A stretch of 64,000 nt of DNA from an uncultured Acidobacteriota bacterium. Lineage in GTDB: Bacteria > Acidobacteriota > UBA6911. The number at the start of each line of letters is the position of its first letter. Within the stretch, counting starts at the first letter, position 1. The position numbers and the translations under genes are program-made. A model generated the notes under the pieces. The model worked only from the letters and a program-made list of their open reading frames with translations, had not been told where the DNA came from and made no database searches. The stretch is taken from positions 32,001 through 96,000 of the forward strand of contig CAWHCF010000002.1 of NCBI GenBank assembly GCA_963827655.1, read 5' to 3'. Shown in pieces: positions 1 to 13,388 of this stretch.

Positions 1-1025
1 CGAAATATCGGCGCCTCGCCGTAGCCCGCGGTGACGTTCGCCAGTTCGAGAACGACCCTTCCGGTCCTGGGTCCTTCCGGGAATCGCAATCGTATCGGCT
101 TGGAGTCGGGTGGCAGCTCAATACGCTCCATTCGTTCCAGCTCCTTCAGTCGGCTCTGCACCTGTGCGGCCTTGGTGGCCTTGTAGCGAAACCGGTCGGC
201 GAAGGCTTTGATCCGGGCAATCTCTTTCTGTTGGGCTTCATACTCCGCCACGAGCTGCGCCATACGTTCGTCGCGCTGGCGCAGAAAGTCGTTATAGTTT
301 CCTTTATAGAAATGGACCGCCCGGTTGCGAATCTCCAGGACGCGGTGGACCGTGGCATCGAGGAAGTATCGGTCATGTGAAACCAGGACCAGCGCAAAAG
401 GATAATTTTGCAAATACTCTTCCAGCCAGTTGCGCGCTTCGAGGTCCAGGTGGTTGGTAGGCTCGTCGAGCAGCAAGAGGCTGGGCTGCTGCAGCAAGAG
501 CTTGGCCAGCGCTATCCGCATTTGCCAGCCGCCGCTGAAGTCTTCACATGGCCGGCTCCAGTCCGTTTGAGTAAAGCCGAGACCGAGGAGGACCGAGCCG
601 GTCCTGGCCTCGAGCGCATACCCGCCGTGAAGTCTGAACTGCTGAGAAACGGCGGAATACCGTTCCAGTTTCTTCTCGTAGTCGGCGCCCGAATGGGGCA
701 TCTCCGCCAGTTCGTGCTCCAGCGCGCGACACTCCCGCTCCAGATTCCTGAGGCCTTCGAAGACCGAAAGAGCTTCCTCGAATAACGCGCGACCGTGAAC
801 GAACAAGCCGTCCTGGGGCAGGAAGCCGAAGGTGAGATCTCGGGCGCCGATGACCTCCCCGTCATCCGGGGGGATCAAGCCGGCCAGCATCTTCATGAGC
901 GTGGTTTTGCCCGTGCCGTTATCGCCGACCAGTCCGATCCTGTCCCGCACGTTAATTTGAAAATCGAGCGCCCGGAACAGTGCATCGCCGCGAAAGGCTT
1001 TTCCTAGTCCTCTGACTTGAAGCAT
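1..1025 (-). CDS. ABC-F family ATP-binding protein (runs off the left edge)
   Basis: Manual translation from ATG at 1025: MLQVRGLGKAF...GDNGTGKTT (Walker A), FSGGWQMR (signature), LLLLDEPTNHLD (Walker B), VSHDRYFLD, then the inter-ABC linker; no TM segments. Confidence 0.9.
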   Translation of the reverse strand, partial: MLQVRGLGKAFRGDALFRALDFQINVRDRIGLVGDNGTGKTTLMKMLAGLIPPDDGEVIGARDLTFGFLPQDGLFVHGRALFEEALSVFEGLRNLERECRALEHELAEMPHSGADYEKKLERYSAVSQQFRLHGGYALEARTGSVLLGLGFTQTDWSRPCEDFSGGWQMRIALAKLLLQQPSLLLLDEPTNHLDLEARNWLEEYLQNYPFALVLVSHDRYFLDATVHRVLEIRNRAVHFYKGNYNDFLRQRDERMAQLVAEYEAQQKEIARIKAFADRFRYKATKAAQVQSRLKELERMERIELPPDSKPIRLRFPEGPRTGRVVLELANVTAGYGEAPIF

Positions 1026-1147
1026 ATCGGTTTCAAAAAACCGCTATTTTACCATATGATCTCCGGCGACTTCGCGCTCCGCGAACCCTAAAGGACCAAC
1101 CGCCAAGACCCAAAGACTCGAAGGAACGCGAAGGGGGAAGGAAACTC

Positions 1148-2567
1148 ATGATTTGGCTCCGAGCGCTTGGAGTGATGCTCCTGGCGATACCCGTACTCTG
1201 GGCAAAGCCCGCTGCCTCCGGTTCACCCGTGCCACCCAATATCGTGGTCGTCCTCGTGGACGACCTGCGTTGGGACGACATAGCGATCGCCGGGCATCCT
1301 TTTGTCAAGACACCTCACATCGATCGCCTGGCGCGTGAAGGCGTCCGATTTCGCAATGCCTTCGCCACCACGCCGCTCTGCTCCCCGAGCCGCGCGTCAT
1401 TTCTGACCGGTCTGTACCCGCACGCACACGGCATAACGGATAATACCGACCGCAGCCCGGCCAGCCATCAGTTGAGCACTTTCCCGCGCCAGCTTCAGCG
1501 GGGCGGTTACGAAACCGCTTTCCTTGGCAAATGGCACATGGGCAACGACGATTCACCACGCCCGGGCTTCGATTACTGGGTAAGCATGAAAGGACAGGGC
1601 GAGGCGGTCGATCCCTATTTGAACGAGGCGGGGACGTTCAAGAAAGTGCCGGGTTATGTAACGGACCTGCTGACCGACCGCGTTGTGGCATTCATCGAGC
1701 GCCCTCGAACCAGACCGTTTTCTGGTCTATCTGGCGCACAAGGCACTCCACCCTAACATGGTTCAGCGAGACGATGGCAGCGTGAGCGCCATAGGCGAGG
1801 GAGGATTCATTCCGGCGGAGCGGCATCGTCAACTCTATGCCGGGGCAACCATCCTCCGCAGCCCGAGCGCGCTGTGGGCGCTCGAGGGCAAACCGGCGCT
1901 TCAGCGGCCGATTGCCAATCTGCCGCCGCTTACGCCCGGGACCGGCACGAGTGATAAATCCATCCTCGACCGGCTGCGCATGCTGGCAGCAGTCGATGAA
2001 AGCGTCGGTCGTATCCGCGCGGCGCTCGATCGAATCGGTCAGCTCGACGACACGGCAATCGTGTTCACGAGCGACCATGGATACTTCTACGGCGAGCACG
2101 GGCTCGACGAGGAGCGACGCCTGGCCTACGAGCCCACAATCCGGATACCGCTCATCATCCGGTATCCCAAGCTGGCGCGGGGCGGAAGCACGCCCGATCA
2201 GATGGCGCTCAGTATCGACCTGGCGCCGACTTTGCTCGAGCTTGCCGGCGTCCGGCCGTCCGGTGCAATGCACGGCCGATCCCTGGTCCCCATCCTGAGC
2301 GGGCGCGCCGTAACCTGGCGCACGTCATTCCTGATCGAGTACTTCACCGACACCGTTTTCCCGCGCATCCTGAACATGGGCTACCAGGCTGTGCGGACCG
2401 ACCGGTACAAGTACATCCACTATACGGAGCTGAGCGATATGGACGAACTCTACGACCTCCGCTCAGATCCGCACGAGATGAAGAATGCCATCGGTTCGCC
2501 GGCATCGCAGAGCGTCCTTCGCAGAATGCAGCAAGAGCTATCGATGCTGCGGCGGCAGACAAAGTAG
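1148..2567 (+). CDS. Secreted sulfatase (N-acetylglucosamine-6-sulfatase-like), frameshifted near 1718
   Basis: Signal peptide, PNIVVVLVDD, CSPSRASFLTG (formylglycine motif), GKWH; continues in ORF 1683..2567 (FTSDHG, ELYDLRSDPHE); break at a TTTT run. Confidence 0.85.
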
Positions 2568-2683
2568 CGATCCTGCGGGTTCCGGCAGCCCCCGGGTTTG
2601 CGCGTAATGACGAGAAACCGCCAAGACTCGAAGGCACGAGGATTTCCGCTTCGCAGTGGCAAAGTTGAGCTAGAATCGGTCCC

Positions 2684-5600
2684 ATGATTTTCCCACGAAT
2701 CTATCCTTTCCTGGGCTTTTTGGGAGCCTGTTTCCTTATCGCTCTCTCGGCGGAGGCGCCTCCGGCCGCCAGTGGAACTCTGATTCTGGACCAGGTCTGG
2801 ACCGGAAAGCTGAGCGCTGGAGCGGAAGCGCTCTGGAAGACGGCCGCGCTTGATCCGTCCAGGCTTTACACGCTCTCTGTCTCGATCGAGGCGGTTTCGC
2901 TGCGGCCCGACGACAGCATCAGTCTCAGTTTCGAGGGCGCCCAGCTCCAATTGAAGAAGCGCCTGCACGCGGGTGATCCGAGCTATTTCACAACCGTTCG
3001 CCCGCGCGCGTCCGGCCCGGCGGTGCTGCGCCTGGTTCCCTCATTTTCGCAAGGACCCGCGCCGGCGCTGCGATTGGAACTCCGTGGCCTGCAGGCGTCG
3101 CGCGATGAACCTGCCGCGTTCGAAGCCGAGCCTAATGACTCGTGGCAAGAGGCCAATCTCCTCGTGCTCGGCCGCACCGTCTACGGAGGCGCCGACGACA
3201 TCGAGTACCTGAACAATCAGGAGGAATACAAAACCGGATGGGACTGGTTCGCACTCGACTATTCGCTCCCGGAACCGAAGCTTGTGTTCTTCGAGCTCGA
3301 CCTCCCGGATCGCGACATTCCGCTGCAACTCCTTTTTTACCGATACAACGAGGCCAGCGCCGGACTCGAGCCTTACACGCGCGGTAAGGACCCGATGGAG
3401 GTCCTGCACGACGGACAGAAGGTACGGTACTCGAAGTTCATTTCCCGCGTCCTGACGCGTGGCCGTTACTATGTCGCCGTGCTTGGCAATCATCCGTTTT
3501 ATCAGCTTCGCACCACGATGTATCCCGTGCCCCCTTACCAGGAACCGGGGCAGGCCGTCGAGACCGCGATGCATTATGCCGCAGCCATTGGCGACGCATG
3601 GTTCGCCCAGGTGCCGCGCCTGGGCTCGCGCTATCGCCGCTCGGTCATGCTGCACGACGAGGCCCAGCGCTGCACGGCCTGCCATCCGACGGTCTTTCCC
3701 CTCGAAAGCAATCTGACTGGTTTCCAGCAGGGTTATCCGATCCGAGCCAAGAGCCAGTTTCAATATCTGATAGATCGCGTCTATAACGCTCCCACTCCTC
3801 TCTATGGCAACCCCGGCGTGAACTGGGTGCGCTTCGTCGGCATCGAGCTGCAGTTTTTCGGCAAACAAGGAGGACTGGTCATCGACTACGAGAACTCGGT
3901 GACCGGGCGCCAGACGCCTCACCTGCGGCGCTTCACCGGATTTCTGCAGGCCGCATGGGATCACCGCGACACTCTTCCCGAGGACGAGAACAACGGCGTC
4001 TCTCCTCTCGACAGCAAGTTCGGTTTTGCCTGGCGCGACTGGCGCGTCCTCGACGAGCAGGCCCGCCGCGCCGGCGATGCGGCGGCGCGGAAGTCCGCCG
4101 ACCACATCGCCCAGATCCTGATGCGTCCCGACGGGCCCGGTCGTATCCAGGGTACGCAGGATCGCCTCCACCGGCTGCATGCGCTCGCCCTGCTTGACCG
4201 CCGAGGGCATGCCGGTGAAATTGAAAAAGAGATTCGCTATTTTCTCGCCCGCCAGAATGCGGACGGCGGCTGGCCGGGCAACGAAGAGAAACCCAGCGGG
4301 GGTGAAAAACCGACTCCGTCGACCGAGTCCTTCGAGTATCTGACGGGCCAGACCATCCACACACTCCTGACAGCGGGAGTCTCCGAATCGGAGCGCGCCC
4401 GGCTCTGGAACGGGCCGCACAGTGGCTTATGACGCGCCAGCAGGAGTTCGGCGGATGGTTTCAGACCGAAACGATCGAGAACTTTGTCACTCCGATGCGC
4501 GAGACCCGCTACGCGATCATGGCGCTGGCCCGCCTTCACCCCGCCCGCAAGCCGAACGGCCGCGGCCTGGGAAATCGCGACGGGAGACCGGCGCGCTTGC
4601 CCCGAACCGGCTCTGTGGTAGAGATCCTCGACGATCTCGACAATCTGTGGGACGTGCCCGAAGAGAACCACGCCCAGTTTGTGGCGCGAATCGCACCGCT
4701 GCTCGCCCATGATAACGGCTTTGTTCGAGCCCTGGCGGCACAGTGCCTGGGGCGGATCGGCAATCGAGGCGGCGGTCGAGAAGCTCGGCCGCGCGCTCGC
4801 AGACCCTGACAAGATGGTCTGGCAGAGTGCCGCCTGGGCTCTGCGCCGGCTGGGAAATCGCGGCCTCGGGCTCAACGCGATCCGCGCCGCCCTTGGATCG
4901 CCGGATCCGAATGTGCGCCGGGGCGCCGCGCGGATTTTCGCTTATCAGTTCTATGGCATGGACGACCGCGCCGACTTGAGAGACGCCTTCTTTTCGCTTC
5001 TGGCAGACGCGGATCTCCTGACGCGCCACCAGGCCGTCAGTACCCTCGCGCAATGGTGGTATCGCACAGACGATCGCAACGCGCGCGCGCGCATCTTTCA
5101 GGCTTTTGTCGATCGCCTGGCCCATTCGGGCGAGCATCCGCTCCAGCGTTCTTATCTTTCCCAGGGCATCTACAATCTGCTCGATGAAAACCTCGGTGCG
5201 CCAGGGACCGGGTACGGCCGCTGGATCTCCTACCTCCGGCCCGAGCGGCAGGCGGCGCTGCGCGCCGAGCGACGCCGGCAGGAGCAGGAGATTCTGCTCA
5301 AGCCGATCCTGCGGGCCCTGGTCGAGGGGCCGGAACCGCAGCGGCTCGGCGTGCTGCTCGGCTTCGACGGAACTCCGTTCTGGCGCGGTTACACCACGGC
5401 GGCCTTTGGCCCCGGGAACGATCGAATTTTTAATTTTGAAAGCGAAAATGATTTCGAAGGATTGGCGCGAAGTTTTCAATCCGTGCTGGCGCGGCGCGAA
5501 TCTCCGGAAGAGCTAGGCTATGGATTGCGGCTGGCCGCCTTTTTCAACATCTTGCGTGGTCCCGAGGTCACTCCTCTTTACCTCGACGCCCTGTCGCATC

Positions 5601-6898
5601 CGTCACCAAGCGGTGCGCGAAGCCGCCGCCGAGATTGCCGACAAGGTGAGACTCGGCGGCGAAAGCGAGACTCTGGGCAAACTAATCGAGGCCGCCGGCA
5701 ATTCCGCTTCGCAACCGGCCGTCTTGAAACTGCTTCGCGCCAACCGATCCCTCCTCGAAAGGAAGGAACTCGCCGATGTGGTCCGCCGCTCCGCCGGTGA
5801 TCCGAAGCTGGGCTCGATCGCCCTTCCGCTCATGGCGGCCCCTGGCTTCAGCGATGCCGAAGCGCTCGCAGCCTTGCTGCAAAGTTGGCCGCGCGCAATT
5901 GCTGAAGATGGCGGCCCGACGGAAGCTTCGAAGCAGATCGACGAGCGCAACACTCTGTTGAGGAGGCAGGTGCTCGAGGCAAGCCGTCGCGGGCAGGCGG
6001 TGGAGCCGCCTCAGGCCTTCCTCGATTGCCTTTCGCTGCTGGAACGGCGTCCCGGTTTACTCAAGAATACGGAGGTGTTGGGCAAGCTCGGCTCCGCCGC
6101 CGTGGTCGACAACGGCAAGGCGCGCCAGCTGGTCTTCGAGCTCCTGTTACGGCATCCGGAGATAGCGGCACATCCCTCGATGATTCCGCTGGTGCGCCCC
6201 GCGCTGCGCGATAGCCGCGCCGAAGTGCGCCGCGCTGCGCTGGGCATCGCAACCAGGAGCCTTGAAGTGCGCCGGCTCCCCGAATTTCCGGACGACCTGC
6301 TGCGTCTCCTGGTGGATCCCGATGCCAAGGTCCGGGCTGCGGCGCTTGAGATCGTGGTTGCGGAAAACTGGGTCCGGCGCGAGCCTCGTCTGGCCGGGCG
6401 GATCAAGGCTCTGGAGCTTGGCGAGCGCGATCCGCGCTGCGCGACAGCGGGCTTCCGAGGCGCTGCGACTGGGCGGACTCGACCCGGCTGCCGTCAAGCC
6501 GACGGCGGATCTCGCGAAGCCCGCTCTCCCGGACTTCGAGCTGTTTCGCCGGACGGTAAATCCGCACCTGTACCGGGAATCGGCGAAGGACCGGCGCGCC
6601 TGCGCTCACTGTCACGCGACGCATCGAATCTTTCGCCTGGTGGAACCGCCGGGCGAAGGCGCAGAACTTGGAGAACAGGCAATCGAAAAGAACTATCACT
6701 CGATTCTGAAAGTCGATCGACGCCTACGAGCCGGAGCGCAGCCTGGTCTTGCGAAAACCGCTCAGTCCGAGCGGCCAGGGGGAAGAAGACGCGTCGTCTC
6801 CGACCGGGCTTACCCACGTCGGTGGAACACGCTGGAGCGGCGTCGACGATCCTGCGTATCAGGCGATCCTCCGCTGGGTTCGTTCCCCCGCCCCCTGA
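2684..6898 (+). CDS. Large secreted multidomain protein: EPND/PPC-like region, CxxCH, prenyltransferase-like QW repeats, HEAT repeats, C-terminal c-type cytochrome domain; about 5 frameshifts
   Basis: Overlapping ORFs 2684..4432, 4429..4809, 4679..5800, 5520.. and 6262.. join into one reading: [32 protein letters not shown]-like [26 protein letters not shown]...THVGG...[11 protein letters not shown] at 6896-6898. Confidence 0.7.
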
Positions 6899-6950
6899 CC
6901 TGTCACACTCACCACGAAGACGCCAAGACACGAAGGAAAACGAGAACCTT

Positions 6951-7640
6951 ATGCGAAAAGCCGTCGTGCTGGTGAGCGGCGGAGTAGATTCGTCGACGGT
7001 TCTGGCACTGGCAAAACGAGAAGGATTCGAAATCTACGCTTTGTCGTTCGACTACGGCCAGCGGCACCGGCCCGAACTCGAGGCGGCTCGGCGTGTGGCA
7101 CAATCTCTGGGAATCACGCGCCACGCGATCATGCGCTTCGACTTGAGGGCTTTTGGCGGCTCCGCGCTCACCGCGGACATCGACGTGCCCAAGGGCCGCG
7201 ACCTGCAACAGATGGCCGCGGAAATACCGGTGACCTATGTGCCGGCCCGCAACACGATCTTCCTCGGCTTCGCGCTGGGCTGGTGTGAAGTTCTCGGAGC
7301 CCAGGACATTTTTATCGGTGTCAATGCCATTGACTATTCCGGTTATCCCGACTGCAGGCCTCGCTTTCTCGAGGCGTTTGAAAACCTGGCCAATCTGGCC
7401 ACCAAGGCGGGAGTCGAGGGTCGAGCGCAATACCATATCCACGCGCCGCTGGTGAATATGAGCAAGGCGGATATCATCCGGGTTGGGCATGACGCCGGTG
7501 TTGATTTTTCTTTGACCCACAGCTGCTACGATCCCACGCCGGACGGGCTTGCCTGCGGCTCCTGCGACTCCTGTATTCTCCGGCGCCGCGGATTCAAGGA
7601 TGCCGGGCTGCCGGATCCCACTCGCTATGCTACGAGCTAG
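6951..7640 (+). CDS. queC: 7-cyano-7-deazaguanine synthase
   Basis: [16 protein letters not shown]-loop, [28 protein letters not shown]...CGSCDSC zinc site. Confidence 0.95.
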   Translation: MRKAVVLVSGGVDSSTVLALAKREGFEIYALSFDYGQRHRPELEAARRVAQSLGITRHAIMRFDLRAFGGSALTADIDVPKGRDLQQMAAEIPVTYVPARNTIFLGFALGWCEVLGAQDIFIGVNAIDYSGYPDCRPRFLEAFENLANLATKAGVEGRAQYHIHAPLVNMSKADIIRVGHDAGVDFSLTHSCYDPTPDGLACGSCDSCILRRRGFKDAGLPDPTRYATS

Positions 7641-7750
7641 ACGGTCGAGTCTTCGCGTCTTGGCGGTTGGTAACCACGAAGACTCGAAGACACCAAGAAA
7701 CACGAAGCCTCTCAACGGGAACGTTGGAAAGCACCAGGGAGAATAAAAAG

Positions 7751-9118
7751 ATGCCTAGACTTGGTGGTTGGGCGCTGTGGATCATGATGGCAATTGCGCC
7801 AGCCGGCACGCAGGAGACTGCGGGGACCTCTATCTGGAAGGTCGGGCTGGCGCGGGTCGACATCACACCCGAGCGGCCGGTCTTTATGGCGGGCTACGAT
7901 GCTCGCGACAAGCCATTCGAGTCGATCGAAGCCAGGATACATGCCAAGGCGCTTGTCCTCGAGGACACAACAGGCCGGCGGGCGGCGCTCATCACCGCCG
8001 ACCTGAGCGGTTTCACACCGGCTGTGGTCGAGCCGGTGTGCGCAGCTATCCGCGAACGGATCGGGCTTGAGCGGAAACAGATCCTGCTCAATGCGTCGCA
8101 CAATCACAGCGGGCCGCTTCAGGGTCTCGATCCCAATCCCCGGCGGAATCTCTCGGCCGAAGATGCGCGCAACACCGCGTCATACACCCAGGCGCTACAG
8201 CAGAAGCTGATCCAGGTCGTCGTCGATGCCGCCTCAAAGCTCGAGCCCGCTCGTCTCTCCTGGGGGAGCGGCGTTGCCTTTTTCGTCATGAATCGGCGTG
8301 AATTCACTCCCAACGGGATCATCCTGGGAGTCAATCCCCGCGGCCCTGTAGATCGAAGCCTGCCGGTGCTTCGGATCGAAGGCCTGGACGGACAGCTGCG
8401 CGCGGCAGTCTTCGGGACCGCCTGCCACAACACCACGCTCACAGGGAATAACTACCGGATCTCGGGTGACTATGCGGGATACGCTCAGACCTATGTCGAA
8501 GAGCGATATCGTGGCGTTCAGGCAATGTTCATGGCCGGGTGCGGAGGGGATGCGAACCCTTACCCGCGCGGAACCGTCGAGCTTGCGCGCGAGCACGGGA
8601 CGAATCTTGGCAAGGAAATCTGCCGTGTGCTTGAGACCAAGCTCACTTCGCTGCGCGGGCCGCTCACGGTCGAGTACGAACTGGTCGACCTGCCATTCAA
8701 GGATCCCCCCTCGCGCGAGGAGCTGCGTAAATGGCTCCAGGATGGCCCTGGCTGGCGGGCTGCAGTCGCTCGCGCTCTGCTTGAAACACTCGATCGGGGC
8801 GAGCAACTCCCGCGCCATCAGCGCGCGCCGCTCGCGGTGTGGCAGTTCGGCGAGGATCTGACCCTGGTCGCGATCTCTGGAGAGGTGGTAGTGGACTACG
8901 TGCCGCTGCTTGAGAAGGCCCTCGGGCCACTGAGGCTCTGGATCTCGGGTTACTCGAACGAGGTCTTCGGCTACCTGCCGTCATCGCGCGTGCTGCAGGA
9001 AGGAGGGTACGAAACTCGCGGAGCCAGCGGCAGAGGAATCTTCTCCCCGGCAGCCCAGGACGTCGTAGTGGCCAAGGTGCGCGAGCTTGCGCTTCGGGCA
9101 GGACGGAAGGGTAACTGA
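7751..9118 (+). CDS. Secreted neutral/alkaline ceramidase N-terminal-domain family hydrolase
   Basis: Signal peptide, VDITP...MAGY, NASHNHSGP, ACHNT, SGDYAG, GCGGDANP, GYSNEVFGYLPS...EGGYE. Confidence 0.75.
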   Translation: MPRLGGWALWIMMAIAPAGTQETAGTSIWKVGLARVDITPERPVFMAGYDARDKPFESIEARIHAKALVLEDTTGRRAALITADLSGFTPAVVEPVCAAIRERIGLERKQILLNASHNHSGPLQGLDPNPRRNLSAEDARNTASYTQALQQKLIQVVVDAASKLEPARLSWGSGVAFFVMNRREFTPNGIILGVNPRGPVDRSLPVLRIEGLDGQLRAAVFGTACHNTTLTGNNYRISGDYAGYAQTYVEERYRGVQAMFMAGCGGDANPYPRGTVELAREHGTNLGKEICRVLETKLTSLRGPLTVEYELVDLPFKDPPSREELRKWLQDGPGWRAAVARALLETLDRGEQLPRHQRAPLAVWQFGEDLTLVAISGEVVVDYVPLLEKALGPLRLWISGYSNEVFGYLPSSRVLQEGGYETRGASGRGIFSPAAQDVVVAKVRELALRAGRKGN

Positions 9119-9165
9119 CGCGCCCGGGCGGTTACTTCACTTCTTTGCGTCTCAGCGGTCGGGAC

Positions 9166-9747
9166 ATGGGCAACATCAGACAGCCAAACGATGTGAAGCT
9201 CTTCGTCGGGATCCTCACGTCAATCCCGGAACTGGTACCCGAGGTCGAGGCTCGATTGGTCGCGCAGTTTGGCGCGATCGACCTGCGCTCCGGTCCCTTT
9301 CCCTTTGATTCCACCCACTACTACGATTCCGAAATGGGCAACTCGATCCAGCGCTTCTTTCTTGCCTTCACAGACTTGATATCGCCGGCCGCGCTCGCGG
9401 GAATCAAGATTACGACCAATGAAATCGAGAGCTCTTTTGGCAAGACCGTTACCACGCTTCGACGGCCGGTCAATCTGGATCCCGGGTACCTGGAACAAGC
9501 CAAGCTCGTGCTCGCCTCAACCAAGAACTTTTACCACCGAATCCTCCTGGCTGACGGAATCTATGCGGAGGTCACGCTGCATTTTGAAAACGGAGCCTGG
9601 CAAAGCTTCCCCTGGACCTTTCCCGACTTCCGCACCGGCCGGTACAACGACTTCTTCGTGCTGATGCGCGACAAGTATCGCGCGCAGCTCAGGGCGAGCT
9701 GCGCCTTGGCGTCTTCGAGCCGTCGCGGTAAAAGGATGGTAGACTGA
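9166..9747 (+). CDS. DUF4416 family protein
   Basis: FDSTHYYDSEMG, RRPVNLDPGY, LASTKNFYHRI, WTFPDF pattern. Confidence 0.8.
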   Translation: MGNIRQPNDVKLFVGILTSIPELVPEVEARLVAQFGAIDLRSGPFPFDSTHYYDSEMGNSIQRFFLAFTDLISPAALAGIKITTNEIESSFGKTVTTLRRPVNLDPGYLEQAKLVLASTKNFYHRILLADGIYAEVTLHFENGAWQSFPWTFPDFRTGRYNDFFVLMRDKYRAQLRASCALASSSRRGKRMVD

Positions 9748-9750
9748 GCA

Positions 9751-9783
9751 GAAGAAGTTAACTTCGTAACTTCTTCCTTTTTT
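9751..9783 (+). terminator. Intrinsic terminator after the DUF4416 gene
   Basis: GAAGAAGTTA-ACTTCG-TAACTTCTTC perfect 10-bp stem followed by a T run. Confidence 0.7.
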
Positions 9784-9880
9784 GCAAGATTCTTGGGGTT
9801 TCTTTTGAGCCTTACAGGCATTGGTTAGACACCTCTAACCACGAAGACACCAAGACACAAAGAAACACCGAGGAATGCCC

Positions 9881-11195
9881 TCAATTGGCGGTCTGAGGCT
9901 TTCTCTTCCCATACAGCGATTTGGGGTCGACCCGAGAATCCACGCTGAAGTCGAAGAATCCAGCCAGCATCTCTTCCCAGCTCTGATCCCCCCAGCGCAC
10001 TTCCGCCGTAGGATCGGGATTAGCTGCATTATCGGCGGAGTTGTCAAAGTAGGCAGTACATTCGAGGCGAGTCCCCTTCGGGAGCACGATCGGCTTTTGC
10101 AGGTAGTAGAAAAGCTGCCAGTTGAAATCGTACCGGGGCACGCTCAGCAAAACTTCGGACCGGCCGTCCGGGTATACGGCTCGATACTCAAATCCCTTGC
10201 CGCGCACGTGCATGTGCGGAAAGAGACTCGTCAATGTGACGTTCTGGTCGAAGGTCACCCGGGCTTCGACTCGATGACTGGGCGCCCCGGCTGGGATGAC
10301 GAATTTCGTGTTGGCCACAAACGCCGACACCACTCGCTCTACCGGCTGCTCCTTGGCAAAAATGAAGCCCAGGCCGGTGCGGTCCCTGGTAGCCTCGCCG
10401 TTGGTGGTGTAGTGCATTTGCAAGACGATGTCCGAGCCAGCCTTGATCAACTTGGCCTGGCCCGGCTTGTAGATCTGGGCCGACGTACCCGGCACATAGA
10501 CAGCCAGTATCTCCGGTTCCCAGGTGATCTCACCCACGCCGTCGTCCGGCAGCTCTGCGCTGGCGCGACGAGTTCGGAGCCGCGAGAGGTCTACCTGGTC
10601 TGGCTGCCGCCAGTAACTTGGATCCCGGCTCCCGGACGAACGCGACGATATGATGGACCACCGCGCGATTCGTCGGGCGAATCTCGACCCTCTCGATCCA
10701 TTTGTCCTCTGTGAATCCGGTTGGAATGAGAATGAACTGGTAGTCGATGGTCCCGGAAGCGGGAAGCTGGAAATCCTCGGCCATTTCCACAACCGCGTCA
10801 GGTTTTCCGATACTCCACCCTTCCGCGAACTGGAGCGGTTTCGGCGCATCTTTCGGATTACCCTCGCGCGCACCGCCATCGACCCACGCGACCAGCGTGT
10901 TGATGTCTGATTGTGACAGAGAGCGCTCGTTGGAAAACTTCCCGTGGTTGGGATCGGCAAACCAGGGCGGCATGCGCCTGGACACTACCTCCTCGCGGAT
11001 AGCCTTAGCCCAGGGCCGCGCCTGATCGTAGGTGAGCAATGGCATCGGGGCCGCTTCTCCGGGCCGATGGCATGTCTGGCAGTTGCGCTGCAAGATTGGA
11101 AGCGCGTCTTTGTTGAAGGTTACCTGGGATGAAGGGAGCGCGGCAGCGCCCACCAGGAGCATTGCCAGCGCGACCACGCCGACTCGCAAACGCAT
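9881..11195 (-). CDS. Secreted heme c (CxxCH) + copper type II monooxygenase (PHM-like) domain protein, frameshifted near 10557
   Basis: Signal peptide, CQTCHRPG, MPPW; VVHHIV, LQMHY, FPHMHVRGK, YDFNWQ, EEM; halves in ORFs 10530..11195 and 9881..10960. Confidence 0.75.
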
Positions 11196-11325
11196 ATATC
11201 ACCTCTTCACGTATGTCAGGGTCTCGTCACGACGGTTACCCGTAGCGCAAGCCAGTATAACGCAACGATAGGCCCAATTGTTCCAGCTATCCAACTTCGG
11301 CGCAGCTTTGCGCCTTCACCTCTTA

Positions 11326-11464
11326 GGGCTCGCGCAGAAATAACTTCACATTCTGGCGCGAGGGTCGGTGCTCAATCATGGACCAGTTTCTGTTTGCTAA
11401 CACGCTGAGGCTCGCGCCTCCAGCGGGCCTGCAGCAGAATGCGAACTTATTTCTGCGCGAACCC
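11326..11464. mobile_element. MITE-like element with ~30-bp TIRs and TTA target-site duplication
   Basis: TTA|GGGCTCGCGCAGAAATAACTTCACATTCTG ... CAGAATGCGAACTTATTTCTGCGCGAACCC|TTA; no ORF inside. Confidence 0.75.
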
Positions 11465-11639
11465 TTAGGATTTCACCAACCACGGAAGACACTACGATAC
11501 CACGCCTTCGTTTGCGGCTGAAACCAACTCGCTCGTTGGGACCGTTCAGTCCTTCCCGTTCCCGAATATGTTATGATCCGTGTCGAAATGCGGGCTCGAT
11601 CGAAGCAAGTCCATCTGTCGCGCCCCGCTATCAAACGAC

Positions 11640-13379
<1,740 letters not shown>

Positions 13380-13388
<9 letters not shown>

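Noticed and set aside
1700-1730. Programmed ribosomal frameshifting or phase variation at the gene breaks
   Set aside because: No shared slippery heptamer or long homopolymer; breaks also hit rodA, so sequencing error is more parsimonious
5520-7640. 706-aa HEAT-QueC fusion ORF
   Set aside because: Artefact of frameshifts: the HEAT part belongs to the upstream giant protein (stop at 6898), the linker is out-of-frame and repeat sequence, and queC has its own ATG at 6951
6951-7640. queC as part of a Dpd/QatC-type DNA-modification or defence system
   Set aside because: Canonical-length QueC; no dpdA, qat, TatD or nuclease neighbours
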